Of a DNA stretch of 32,000 nucleotides, positions 1 through 8,644 are shown one piece after another. A model generated the notes under the pieces. The model searched no databases and was not told where the DNA came from. It saw only the letters and a program-made list of their open reading frames with translations. Every line of letters starts with the position of its first letter. Within the stretch, counting starts at the first letter, position 1. Where the stretch lies: the NCBI RefSeq assembly GCF_000011125.1, contig NC_000854.2:1230001-1262000 (forward strand), written 5' to 3'. The stretch is from Aeropyrum pernix K1. Lineage in GTDB: Archaea; Thermoproteota; Thermoprotei_A; Sulfolobales; Acidilobaceae. Made by a program: the position numbers and the translations under genes.

Positions 1-10
1 GGAGGCTGGC

Positions 11-226
11 GTGAAGGGTATAGTTAGAAAAATCAGGGTAGATAACTTGATCATAGTAACTATAAACACAGAATTCCTCGAGAGAGCATGCTTCTACGAG
101 AAGTGCAGCAGACTAAGGGACAAGCCCGAGGCGCTTAGAGAGTGCATGGCCAAGTGTATACTGAGCACTGCCAGAGAAGTCGCGTATAAGGCTGCCAGAA
201 GCATAGCAGAGCTGGCGAAGACGTAG
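11..226 (+). CDS. hypothetical 71-aa protein with CX4C...CX3C cysteine pairs
   Basis: GTG start at 11 preceded by GGAGG at 1-5; ORF track translation MKGIVRKIRV...ACFYEKC...ECMAKC. Confidence 0.6.
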   Translation: MKGIVRKIRVDNLIIVTINTEFLERACFYEKCSRLRDKPEALRECMAKCILSTAREVAYKAARSIAELAKT

Positions 227-383
227 ACAGCCTTAAAACCAACATAATATGGGCGCGGCGGCCTGAAACAAGAAGCCTTGAGTCGTTACAGCCCCCTAAA
301 CAATCCGGAGATAACGCCCACTCACCCACATCCTATTACCCTTATATAGATTTCAGCCTAGGATGTGAGTATGGGTGTAGTTT

Positions 384-845
384 ATGTCTGAGCAGGAATA
401 CCCCTCTAGTGTGGACGTGTACGAATTCAACAACGTGAACCAGCTATTCGACTTCCTCGATAATGAGATTAAGAGGAGGAAGGCCGTGCTCGGCGACATA
501 ATACGGGATATAGAGAAGCTCAAGACGCTCAGCGAGGCCGCGGTGAAGCTGGAGCAGATATTTGCTGAGATCGCGGGAGGCCAGAGGACAGCTACAAGGC
601 AAACTACATCAGCGGCAAAGCTGAACGGCGTTGAAGTCTATATAAACCCTGAACCCCTCTCCGAGACCAGCCTACTCACCAGTATAGCCAGAGGGCTACA
701 GACCAGCATAGCTAGCTTGGAGAAGGTTAGGAAAGCACTATCACCCCTCTCCAAACTCGGCGACATAGACTTGAACATAAGGCTGATAATCGAGAATGGG
801 ACGGTAAAAGCTGTAGTAATAAAGGTGCCTTCCCCCCCAATATAG
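384..845 (+). CDS. conserved-type hypothetical protein, helical/coiled-coil N-terminal half
   Basis: 153-aa ORF with ATG start; TATA-like CTTATATAG just upstream at about 341-349. Confidence 0.65.
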   Translation: MSEQEYPSSVDVYEFNNVNQLFDFLDNEIKRRKAVLGDIIRDIEKLKTLSEAAVKLEQIFAEIAGGQRTATRQTTSAAKLNGVEVYINPEPLSETSLLTSIARGLQTSIASLEKVRKALSPLSKLGDIDLNIRLIIENGTVKAVVIKVPSPPI

Positions 846-1047
846 AGGACGGAAGGCTTAGTAGCACAGGGAAACTAATACTAAACCCAGCTTCAGACCT
901 CCCCTGGGCCTCAGCACTGGGGCCTCGTCATCGCTATCGCCGCTACTAGGCGGTAATACCACTCTTCATCGGCCACATTTATATTGTTCACCCTCTGGTA
1001 GCGATATTAATACCTGCCATACCCGATAAGAGCTTGGTGGCCCCAGG

Positions 1048-1395
1048 GTGCCCCGGAAACGTATGACGCTTCCCAAGAAGAAGGAGGATATAGAGAAGAT
1101 AGTTGAGGAGGTTGAGCGTGAGCATCACCATGAGCACGAGCACCATCACCACCATCACCACCATGAGGAGTCGGATCTCGAGATAGCCGTAAAAGTGCTG
1201 GAAGACTTGGTTGACAGCCTTTCGGCGCGTGCTAGAGTGTTAGAGTCTAGGCTAGACAGTCACTCCATAGCAATAGGAACGCTCTACAGGGTAGTTGCTC
1301 ATCTTGTAGAGGCTATAGCTACCGATGATGAAGAGTCTAAGCTCAACAGCATCAAGAACGCTTTACAAGAGCTGGACAGGCTTAAAAACCTATAG
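1048..1395 (+). CDS. histidine-rich (HHHEHEHHHHHHHH) coiled-coil hypothetical protein
   Basis: 115-aa ORF with GTG start at 1048; TTTATATTG promoter-like element at about 980. Confidence 0.65.
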   Translation: MPRKRMTLPKKKEDIEKIVEEVEREHHHEHEHHHHHHHHEESDLEIAVKVLEDLVDSLSARARVLESRLDSHSIAIGTLYRVVAHLVEAIATDDEESKLNSIKNALQELDRLKNL

Positions 1396-1433
1396 GCTAC
1401 CCGTAGAGGCTTCAGCCTAGAGTACCTAATCCC

Positions 1434-2069
1434 CTACTCCATGAACCCTGGCTTCAGGGCCTGGCACCTCTCGTCTATAGCCTCCTCAGCCACGTAGGGA
1501 TGCTCCCCTATGACCCTGCTTAGCCCGTCAAAGTCGCAGATAATGAGTGTGAAGGCACGCCTACCCTCTATAGCCTCCTCAAGCCACCTTATAACACTCC
1601 TACACTTCTCCAGGTCCTCAGCCTCGACAACATCCTCCTTACACGCCACTTGAGCCACCTCGTGAAATCTATGGAGTATCCCCTCCACGGTCGTTATGAA
1701 ACCCACACTGGCAACTCCGGGAACCATCTCAAGGTCCATCTCGGGTATGTATACCGCTGATAGAGGCGACTTCGCTAGGAGATACCTAAGCTGCTTCTCC
1801 CCCCTTACAGCTACCACAATCTTCTTAGGCTCTGTCGCCTCGGCTAAACGCACATCCCTATACCTATAGCCGCAGTTCCTGCACTCACCCACGCTTATAA
1901 CGATATTGTTAAAGTAGGGAACGCTGTAAAGATACTCTGAGAGTTTCATTGCACGTGCTCCGCAGGCCGGGCAAACCGCGTTATCGACCTCAGCTATCCT
2001 CAGAGGAGCCTTCCTGCTCTCAGCCAGAAGCCTGTCCAGAATGTCGCCTCCGCTAGCTTCTCCGCCCAA
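1434..2069 (-). CDS. ZPR1-type zinc finger protein (archaeal, single ZPR1 domain)
   Basis: CPACG...CRNCGYRYRDV zinc finger and ZPR1-like downstream region (TTVEGILHRF). Confidence 0.8.
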   Translation of the reverse strand: MGGEASGGDILDRLLAESRKAPLRIAEVDNAVCPACGARAMKLSEYLYSVPYFNNIVISVGECRNCGYRYRDVRLAEATEPKKIVVAVRGEKQLRYLLAKSPLSAVYIPEMDLEMVPGVASVGFITTVEGILHRFHEVAQVACKEDVVEAEDLEKCRSVIRWLEEAIEGRRAFTLIICDFDGLSRVIGEHPYVAEEAIDERCQALKPGFME

Positions 2070-2192
2070 ATACCAGCACCCTCGTTGACATAAAATTATG
2101 GAGCCCAGCTAAGAGAATATTCGAGATAACAGTCGACGAACGCTCACACACCTCAAACAATCTTAATAAAATAAATATTTTTATGTAGTAGG

Positions 2193-2732
2193 CTACTCAA
2201 CCTTAACTTCTGTACCTTCCTCGGCAGGCTTAATCTTCTTTAGCTTTATCTCTAGAACACCGTTCCTGTACGATGCTTTCGCACTCTTGGGATCAACTTT
2301 TGCGGGCAGCTCTACTTCCTTGTAGTATTTCTTCCCGTTCTCCGCCTTTATCACGACTTTGTCCTCTGTAGCCCTAACCTTTATCTTATCCTTATTGGCT
2401 CCGGGTATATCGGCCACGATCCATACCTCATCGTCACGCTCGATTACATCAACCAGAGGCTCCATCTCCTCCCTAATCTGGGGCCTCCCCCTAGCCATCC
2501 TTATGTTGCCGAACTCCTCGACTTTAGGAACACCGTCGGGCCCTATTGTTATCCTAACCCCATATATGTACGGGCCTTTGCCGAACTCCTCTCCCCTGCT
2601 CTGCACTCTGGAGGCCAGCTTCTCGAACTCCTCCTCCAGCTCTCTAAACTCTTCCTCAAACTCCCTGAATATATCCTCTAGTAGATCGAAGAAGCTCTTC
2701 CTTCTCCTCCTGAACCAGCTCATGTGCACCAC
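2193..2732 (-). CDS. Hsp20/alpha-crystallin family small heat shock protein
   Basis: PLVDVIERDDEVWIVADIPGANKDKIKV...YRNGVLEIKLKK alpha-crystallin domain; start could be 2732 or the internal ATG three codons in. Confidence 0.9.
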   Translation of the reverse strand: MVHMSWFRRRRKSFFDLLEDIFREFEEEFRELEEEFEKLASRVQSRGEEFGKGPYIYGVRITIGPDGVPKVEEFGNIRMARGRPQIREEMEPLVDVIERDDEVWIVADIPGANKDKIKVRATEDKVVIKAENGKKYYKEVELPAKVDPKSAKASYRNGVLEIKLKKIKPAEEGTEVKVE

Positions 2733-2923
2733 CGTTATGAAATTTAGTTTTAGACGAAGCTCAATAAAGTCTTGGCCTGTAACGGGCGTGCCTAACGTTT
2801 ATCTTTACCAAACCGAGGCTTACACTGCTTATCATCTAAACGTTTTATTATATGATGATATATCAAGCCAGATAAATAGTTGAGTAGGGTTAGAAATATG
2901 TTTGAGGACGTGGGTGTCCCGGC

Positions 2924-4315
2924 TTGGCTGTGGAGTATAAGTATGATGTCGTTATCGTGGGCTTAGGTCCTGCAGGCTCCTCTCTAGCATACCTCCTTAA
3001 GGATACGGGGCTTAAAGTGGCCGGATTAGACATCGCAGATTTTAACAGGGTCTGGGGTAAGCCGTGTGGAGACGCTATAGGCAAAGGCCACTTCCTAGAA
3101 ACCGGTCTGCCGCTTCCGAAGGGCGAGGCTATGATGCAGGTTGTAAACGCGGTTGACATTTATAGCCCCTCCGAGGAAGTCAAAATAAGGCTTTCCGAGC
3201 CTGAAGGAGGCTTCATGATAGATAGGAACAAGTATGGGCTACAGCTTCTAGAGGAGGCGCAGAAGTCTGGAGTCGACGTCTATCTCAAGACACACGCCCT
3301 ATCGCCCATTATCGAGAACGGCAGGCTTGTAGGCGTGTATGCAAAGAGGCATGGCGAAGATGGGGATGTAAACGTAAAATTCTACTCGAAGATAATTGTG
3401 GACGCCACTGGCAGTGGAGGAGCAATAAAGAGGAAGCTTCCGAGCAGCTGGCCTGTTGTAGAGCCACTTAAACCCACAGACAGCGCCGTGGCGTATAGAA
3501 AGATAGTGGAGCTTGATTATGATATAGAGGAGCCGGATGTTATAAGGATTTATATAAATGCTGATATAGCGCCGGGCGGCTATTGGTGGCTCTTCCCCAA
3601 GGGGAGGAGAATAGCAAATATAGGAATAGGCGTTCAGAGGGGTAGGGGATACCCGCATCCGAGGCATCTCTACGAAAAATACCTAGACAAAAGGCCTGAC
3701 ACAGGCAGAGTTGTTAGGCTTCTAAACGAGGCTGGAGCCCTCCTACCCACCCGCAGACCAGCAAACACCATAGTATGGGACAACTTCGTCAGCATAGGTG
3801 ACAACGCATATACAGTAAACCCCGTCCACGGGGGCGGTATGGGCTATGCCATGACGGCCGCCATGTACGCCGCTAGAGGTATTGAAAAGGCTTTCGAGAA
3901 GGGTGATTACTCGGTCGAGACTCTGTGGGACATAAACCTCGGGTATATGAGGAGCACTGGTGCAAAGCAGGCTGGCCTGGACATACTGAGGATATACCTC
4001 CAAACCCTGACAAACGAGGAGGTAGAGTGGGCAATGAGGAACGGGCTTGCTAACGTTGACAACCTAGTGGAGGCTAGCACCCAGGGCGAAATAAAGAGGC
4101 TGAACCTGACGCTCCTCGAGAAGGCTAAGGTCCTCGCCAGGCTGCTCGGAAGGCCTACGAAGCTCATGGAGCTGCTGACAGTAGCCGAGTATATGTCGAA
4201 GGTTAAAAAGCTATACTACGAATACCCGGAGAGGCCAGACGGTCTCCCAAGATGGGTTGACAGGGTGGAAACACTTTATAGGGAGTATAAGGCTCGTCTC
4301 GGCATCGATTGGTAG
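2924..4315 (+). CDS. geranylgeranyl reductase family FAD-dependent protein (digeranylgeranylglycerophospholipid reductase-like)
   Basis: YDVVIVGLGPAGSSLAYLL Rossmann motif, PCGDAIGKGHF, SIGDNAYTVNPVHGGGMGYAM; TTG start at 2924. Confidence 0.88.
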   Translation: MAVEYKYDVVIVGLGPAGSSLAYLLKDTGLKVAGLDIADFNRVWGKPCGDAIGKGHFLETGLPLPKGEAMMQVVNAVDIYSPSEEVKIRLSEPEGGFMIDRNKYGLQLLEEAQKSGVDVYLKTHALSPIIENGRLVGVYAKRHGEDGDVNVKFYSKIIVDATGSGGAIKRKLPSSWPVVEPLKPTDSAVAYRKIVELDYDIEEPDVIRIYINADIAPGGYWWLFPKGRRIANIGIGVQRGRGYPHPRHLYEKYLDKRPDTGRVVRLLNEAGALLPTRRPANTIVWDNFVSIGDNAYTVNPVHGGGMGYAMTAAMYAARGIEKAFEKGDYSVETLWDINLGYMRSTGAKQAGLDILRIYLQTLTNEEVEWAMRNGLANVDNLVEASTQGEIKRLNLTLLEKAKVLARLLGRPTKLMELLTVAEYMSKVKKLYYEYPERPDGLPRWVDRVETLYREYKARLGIDW

Positions 4316-4363
4316 CAGCCACAAGTACACAAAGACCTAAGACCCCAGGGTTTCCCCCATACC

Positions 4364-4942
4364 TCATAACAGCCTTTTCACCATGACAAACGCATCCTCA
4401 CCGTCCCTGTAGTACCCTTTAATTCTCCTTACCTTTCTAAAACCGAATTTTTCGTAGAGTCTGATGGCTGGCATGTTTGAAACCCTGACCTCGAGAAATA
4501 TAGCGTCGACCCTATACACATTTTTCATCACACGAACTGTAGCACTTAGCAGTTTTGACCCTATCCCGCGCCCCCGGAATCCCGGCCTAACAGCTATGGA
4601 TACTAGATGCCCCACCGGCCTCTCTTCGCTTAACTGGTTCCTTATAGCATCCAAGATCTTGTCTATAACACTCTTATCCCCCTCAAGCTCATCCTTCATC
4701 CCCAAGAGTACCGGGTCTGATGTCTGCTCCACCCTGCTCATAGCGTAGCCAACAATCTCCCCCCCAACCTCTGCGACAAGAAACGCTTCGCCCCAGTTGT
4801 CTAATATATATTTATAGAATCCGTACCAGTAGTTCTCGGGAAGGCTCTCCAGGTTTATCTCCATGACTATAGGTATATCCTGGGCTCTGGCCTTCCTAAT
4901 TCTCACTCCCTCCTGGCTGCCTTGTGCTTCGCGGTTCATCAA
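4364..4942 (-). CDS. rimI: GNAT N-terminal acetyltransferase (RimI/ArdI/Nat type)
   Basis: VSIAVRPGFRGRGIGSKLLSATVR...LEVRVSNMPAIRLYEKFGFRKVRRIKGYYRDGEDAFVM. Confidence 0.85.
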   Translation of the reverse strand: MMNREAQGSQEGVRIRKARAQDIPIVMEINLESLPENYWYGFYKYILDNWGEAFLVAEVGGEIVGYAMSRVEQTSDPVLLGMKDELEGDKSVIDKILDAIRNQLSEERPVGHLVSIAVRPGFRGRGIGSKLLSATVRVMKNVYRVDAIFLEVRVSNMPAIRLYEKFGFRKVRRIKGYYRDGEDAFVMVKRLL

Positions 4943-5064
4943 CTCCCTCTACCCTTGACCGGCTTGTACAATCTCTATGCCTCAGGATTATCATAGGAAT
5001 ACAGGGGGTTAAACCCCTAATAAGCCTCGCCTCAAATGTTTCAGCGGATATTGTATTAGTCTCG

Positions 5065-5430
5065 GAGTGGGGGGTGTATGGGATGGAGGTAGTCTTCTAC
5101 CCTGGATCCGCCTCCGGCGCCGAACTCGCTATCAAGGTTTTTGAGGCACTCAGGATAATTAGAACTAACTATCTCCTCGAGATCTACATGAGAATCGAGG
5201 GGGGCATGGAAACGCTATCATGCATCTTCGACTGCGGACCCCCATCGATAAAAATCCGCGGCAGGCGGATAAGCCTCGAGGACGCATTAAGAACGCACAT
5301 GACACCCGAGGACCTCGCAGAAATAATAATGGAAATTGTATCCGCTGATGATGACGATACCAACGATGACGAGTTCAGCTTTAGCACGCGAAACGATGTG
5401 CCAAGGGCTGTGGGTTTAGCAGCCTCCTAA
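5065..5430 (+). CDS. hypothetical protein with acidic tail (DDDDTNDDE)
   Basis: Track ORF 4924..5430 overlaps the 5' end of the rimI-like gene; a GTG at 5065 (GTGTATGGGATGGAG) is a more likely start. Confidence 0.5.
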   Translation, partial: EWGVYGMEVVFYPGSASGAELAIKVFEALRIIRTNYLLEIYMRIEGGMETLSCIFDCGPPSIKIRGRRISLEDALRTHMTPEDLAEIIMEIVSADDDDTNDDEFSFSTRNDVPRAVGLAAS

Positions 5431-5436
5431 AAACTA

Positions 5437-6675
5437 TTAGCGGCAAACCTCTATATCACGCTTCTTCAATATATGCTCTATTATCTTGTCTATATCAGAC
5501 ACTGCAGGGCTCTCGCCAAGCAGCTCCTCAACCTCGGCTAGCCTCTTCTTCACCAAGCCATCGACAAGTATGGTGATCTCTATGGTTCTGCCCTTAACCT
5601 CTCTACGATATACTAGAAGTACTAGAGGATAGTATACGATCCTATGCCCCTTTACGGCGCCGAACGCCGACAGTATCTTAACTATATTATGCACGCTCAC
5701 CCGCGGCTTCATGGTGAAACCGCAGCTTGGGCTTCCAGGAGTCTTGAACTCCGCGAACTTAGACTCGAGTATCCTCTCCAGCTGAGCAGCCTCCAGAGGA
5801 GGCTCGGCTAAAGCGAATATATCCATGCCTATGGGCTCGACAAGCCTCTTCTCCACAAGAACTTCTATTATGCTTTCTACATCAACACTACCCCCAAACT
5901 CCTCCTTAAGCTCAGCTATACTAGCTTCCCCAAGCTCTGCTATCCTCTTTAGAACAGCCACGGCCTCATTACTCAGCAGTCCCAGGCCCCTCCACTCTCC
6001 CAGGATCCTTAGCCCCTCATCGTAGTGGGCTGTGCTCCCGGTTATGCCGTCGAAGCACAGCACAGCCGTGGCATGCTCAAGAACGTCCTCCACGAAATCG
6101 ACTGTGTGGAAATCAACGTCGAAGCAGTATAGTGGTATGAAGGCTGTCGAAGCGCCAACGAACTCACCCTTCTTAATGAATCTTCCCCTATGTTTTTCGG
6201 CGAGCTTTAACACATCCTCGACACTAACATTAGGCTTATAGTGAAATGTCTCGACTGTCTCCCCCTCCACCGCCCTGGCAGAAACCATAGCCTCAATCTC
6301 GTCCCTGAACACAAAGTCTATGAACCCGAATTTGCCAGCAATGCTTGCAGGCACAGACTGGTCAGAAACTATGATCACCGCCTTATCTATAACCCCATCC
6401 TTCCAAGCTGCATAAGCTCTTCCTATACAAGAATAGAAGTCGCCGTTGCAGTCTACCAGAAAACCTATCCTTATACGGGTAACGCCAATATTCGCCTCCA
6501 CTATAATATCAACGGCATGTTCGTTTTCCCTTACCGTGAACCCTTCCCTGCTATAAAACTCCTTAATAACGCTGGCAACATGCGAAGTGAGATGTCTATC
6601 AAGAGGGCCCCCAGACATCACCATCGCCTGCCTATACACTGCCAGATATAAAGCCCCAGAGGATTTACTATACAA
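5437..6675 (-). CDS. hypothetical protein, possible N-terminal nuclease-like fold plus winged-helix segment
   Basis: 412-aa ORF; FTVRENEHAVDIIVEANIGVTRIRIGFLVDC and IAELGEASIAELKEEFGG segments; function is inference. Confidence 0.65.
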   Translation of the reverse strand: MYSKSSGALYLAVYRQAMVMSGGPLDRHLTSHVASVIKEFYSREGFTVRENEHAVDIIVEANIGVTRIRIGFLVDCNGDFYSCIGRAYAAWKDGVIDKAVIIVSDQSVPASIAGKFGFIDFVFRDEIEAMVSARAVEGETVETFHYKPNVSVEDVLKLAEKHRGRFIKKGEFVGASTAFIPLYCFDVDFHTVDFVEDVLEHATAVLCFDGITGSTAHYDEGLRILGEWRGLGLLSNEAVAVLKRIAELGEASIAELKEEFGGSVDVESIIEVLVEKRLVEPIGMDIFALAEPPLEAAQLERILESKFAEFKTPGSPSCGFTMKPRVSVHNIVKILSAFGAVKGHRIVYYPLVLLVYRREVKGRTIEITILVDGLVKKRLAEVEELLGESPAVSDIDKIIEHILKKRDIEVCR

Positions 6676-6803
6676 CCTAAACCTTTATACAGCTTTATAC
6701 CCACATGCGTTTCCCCAACCCTCCTTAGCTACATGGCTTTGCAAAACCGAATTGCGGCCAAACACCCTTATAGTATTTCTCCCTAACCGTGTGAAGGCTC
6801 TCT

Positions 6804-7019
6804 ATGAGGTGCAGAGTAGTGGCGGGTTCTAAGGTGCAGAGGATAGGTGATAAAGAGGATTATAAGATGCTTGTCACCGAAGGCTCCGTGTTTCGAGTCG
6901 CAATTATAGACGGCATGCTGAAATGCCCCCTCTGCGAAGCGATATTCTCAACACCACGCGATCTTGAATACCACATAGCAGCTTACCACGTTTACACTTT
7001 GAGCAGGAAGAACAAGTAA
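6804..7019 (+). CDS. small C2H2 zinc-finger protein
   Basis: CPLCEAIFSTPRDLEYHIAAYH matches C-x2-C-x12-H-x4-H; exact start uncertain. Confidence 0.6.
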   Translation: MRCRVVAGSKVQRIGDKEDYKMLVTEGSVFRVAIIDGMLKCPLCEAIFSTPRDLEYHIAAYHVYTLSRKNK

Positions 7020-7084
7020 ACCGCCCTAAACTCCCCTACAAACCTAAGTAGATATACACCCCCCGGTATACACAAAATATTCTG

Positions 7085-7165
7085 GACGCCCCGCCGGTCT
7101 CACGTCCGCCGAGACCCCCGATGGGGGGATGAAGATGAAGGCGGATCGGTAAGGCGGGGTACAAA
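7085..7165 (+). ncRNA. candidate structured RNA element (nested GC-rich helices)
   Basis: Helices GCCCCGCC(7088-7095)/GGCGGGGT(7153-7160), GTCCGCC(7104-7110)/GGCGGAT(7140-7146), CCCCC(7115-7119)/GGGGG(7123-7127) lie in an ORF-free gap; strand assumed. Confidence 0.3.
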
Positions 7166-7574
7166 GTAAAGATGGGGGAGAAAGCCTTAACGACACGTAT
7201 GGCTATCGCAGCTTCCTTCTCCTCGAGGAGCGCAGGACCTCGGCCCTAGAGGAGGCTGAAGGAGTGGAGGTATCGCTGTATTATTTGCTAACAAAATATT
7301 CTATGCCTGTTTCGCTCCCCAACTCACTAGCTCTTTACGCTCGCTTCATAACAGAGCCGACCTCTCGGGATAACAACCAGACCAAGGCCAAGGTGAAAGA
7401 GTAGGGGCCAGTAGCACAGAGGACCTCAGGGTTCGCACTCTAACGCAGATAGGCCAGCGAGTCTCAGTTCAGATTGTCTAAGGCTAAAGAGGATCTCGAG
7501 CGTAAGACGCGTGAACCCATTTATCTAAGGTGCTCTACCCTGTAAGCTTTTATACCGCACTCTAATAGGAATTT

Positions 7575-7680
7575 TTAATGGAGCAGCGCGAACATGAGGA
7601 ATCCCTAGCCCGTGGAGAGGCCGTAGGCCCGGCTTCCCGGGCCGATGGGCTTGTCGAGCCGGATCCGACTGTTTTAACTT
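7575..7680 (+). ncRNA. candidate small RNA gene with TATA-like promoter
   Basis: CTTTTATA at 7547-7554; GGCCCGG-CTTC-CCGGGCC hairpin 7626-7643 nested in AGCCC(7607-7611)/GGGCT(7647-7651); T-run at about 7671. Confidence 0.35.
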
Positions 7681-7704
7681 CAAGTCTAAACGTCGGCTGC
7701 TAGT

Positions 7705-8565
7705 TCATTTCTTCCCCGCATGCTGTTTGTAGTGCTTCTTTATTTCGCCCAAATCTGGGGAGGCGGGGGGTGACCGCTTGTGGCTGCTGGCTTCGTGGAG
7801 TAGCCGGACCCTCTCTACCTTAGCTCTCTCTAACCCCGTTGCACGGGGTATTTCTTCCCAGGGGATCTTCAGGTCGAACCTCGAGTACAGAATTACGTCT
7901 ATCTCGTTGTATGATAGGCCAAGCTCGGCTTCAGCCTCATGACCTTTCCAGAGTCTTGGGCTGCTGGGCTTGTAAGCGATGTCCCTAGGTACACCTATTA
8001 GCTCAGCCAACCTTCTAACCTGGGATTTGTAGAGGACTGTGAGCGGTGCCACATCGCAGGCAGCATCGCCGTATTTAGTAAAATAGCCTATGAGATACTC
8101 GCTCCTATCACCCGTGCCCAGGACAAGCTTGCCCAGCTTGTTAGCATAGTAGTAGAGTATGTTCGCGCGTATTCTTGCCCTGAGGTTTCCTACCGGGACT
8201 CTATCCTTCTCTTCATCCTCGAAAATTGGAAGAGCCGAAATATACACCATTACTATAGGTGAAATATCTATTACAGCATGCTCAACCCCGAAGCTCCGGA
8301 CAAGCCTTAAAGCGTCCTCCACATCCCTCTCCGGAGTAACCTCCCTATCGGGCATTATAAGGGCCGTAACCCTACCGCTTCCAACAGCGTCCACCGCAAG
8401 GGCTAGTGCAAGACTTGAGTCAACACCCCCGCTCACACCCAACACATAGCCTGAGGCGCCCGAGGCCTCAAGGTATTTCCTGAGAAACTGTGTTATTGCC
8501 TGTCTTACACCATTATAATCTATGTCAACAACATCGTCTAAACTAACCTTATAATTAACAGCCAA
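7705..8565 (-). CDS. nadE: NAD(+) synthetase
   Basis: YVLGVSGGVDSSLALALAVDAVG P-loop, GTGDRSEYLIGYFTKYGDAACDVAPLTVLYKSQVR, YKPSSPRLW. Confidence 0.93.
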   Translation of the reverse strand: MAVNYKVSLDDVVDIDYNGVRQAITQFLRKYLEASGASGYVLGVSGGVDSSLALALAVDAVGSGRVTALIMPDREVTPERDVEDALRLVRSFGVEHAVIDISPIVMVYISALPIFEDEEKDRVPVGNLRARIRANILYYYANKLGKLVLGTGDRSEYLIGYFTKYGDAACDVAPLTVLYKSQVRRLAELIGVPRDIAYKPSSPRLWKGHEAEAELGLSYNEIDVILYSRFDLKIPWEEIPRATGLERAKVERVRLLHEASSHKRSPPASPDLGEIKKHYKQHAGKK

Positions 8566-8644
8566 ACCCCCACACCAATTGGAGTGTTGTAGAGCGGAGG
8601 CAGGTAAAAGAGAAGGCTGCCACGTATCCTTACTTTAGACTCCG

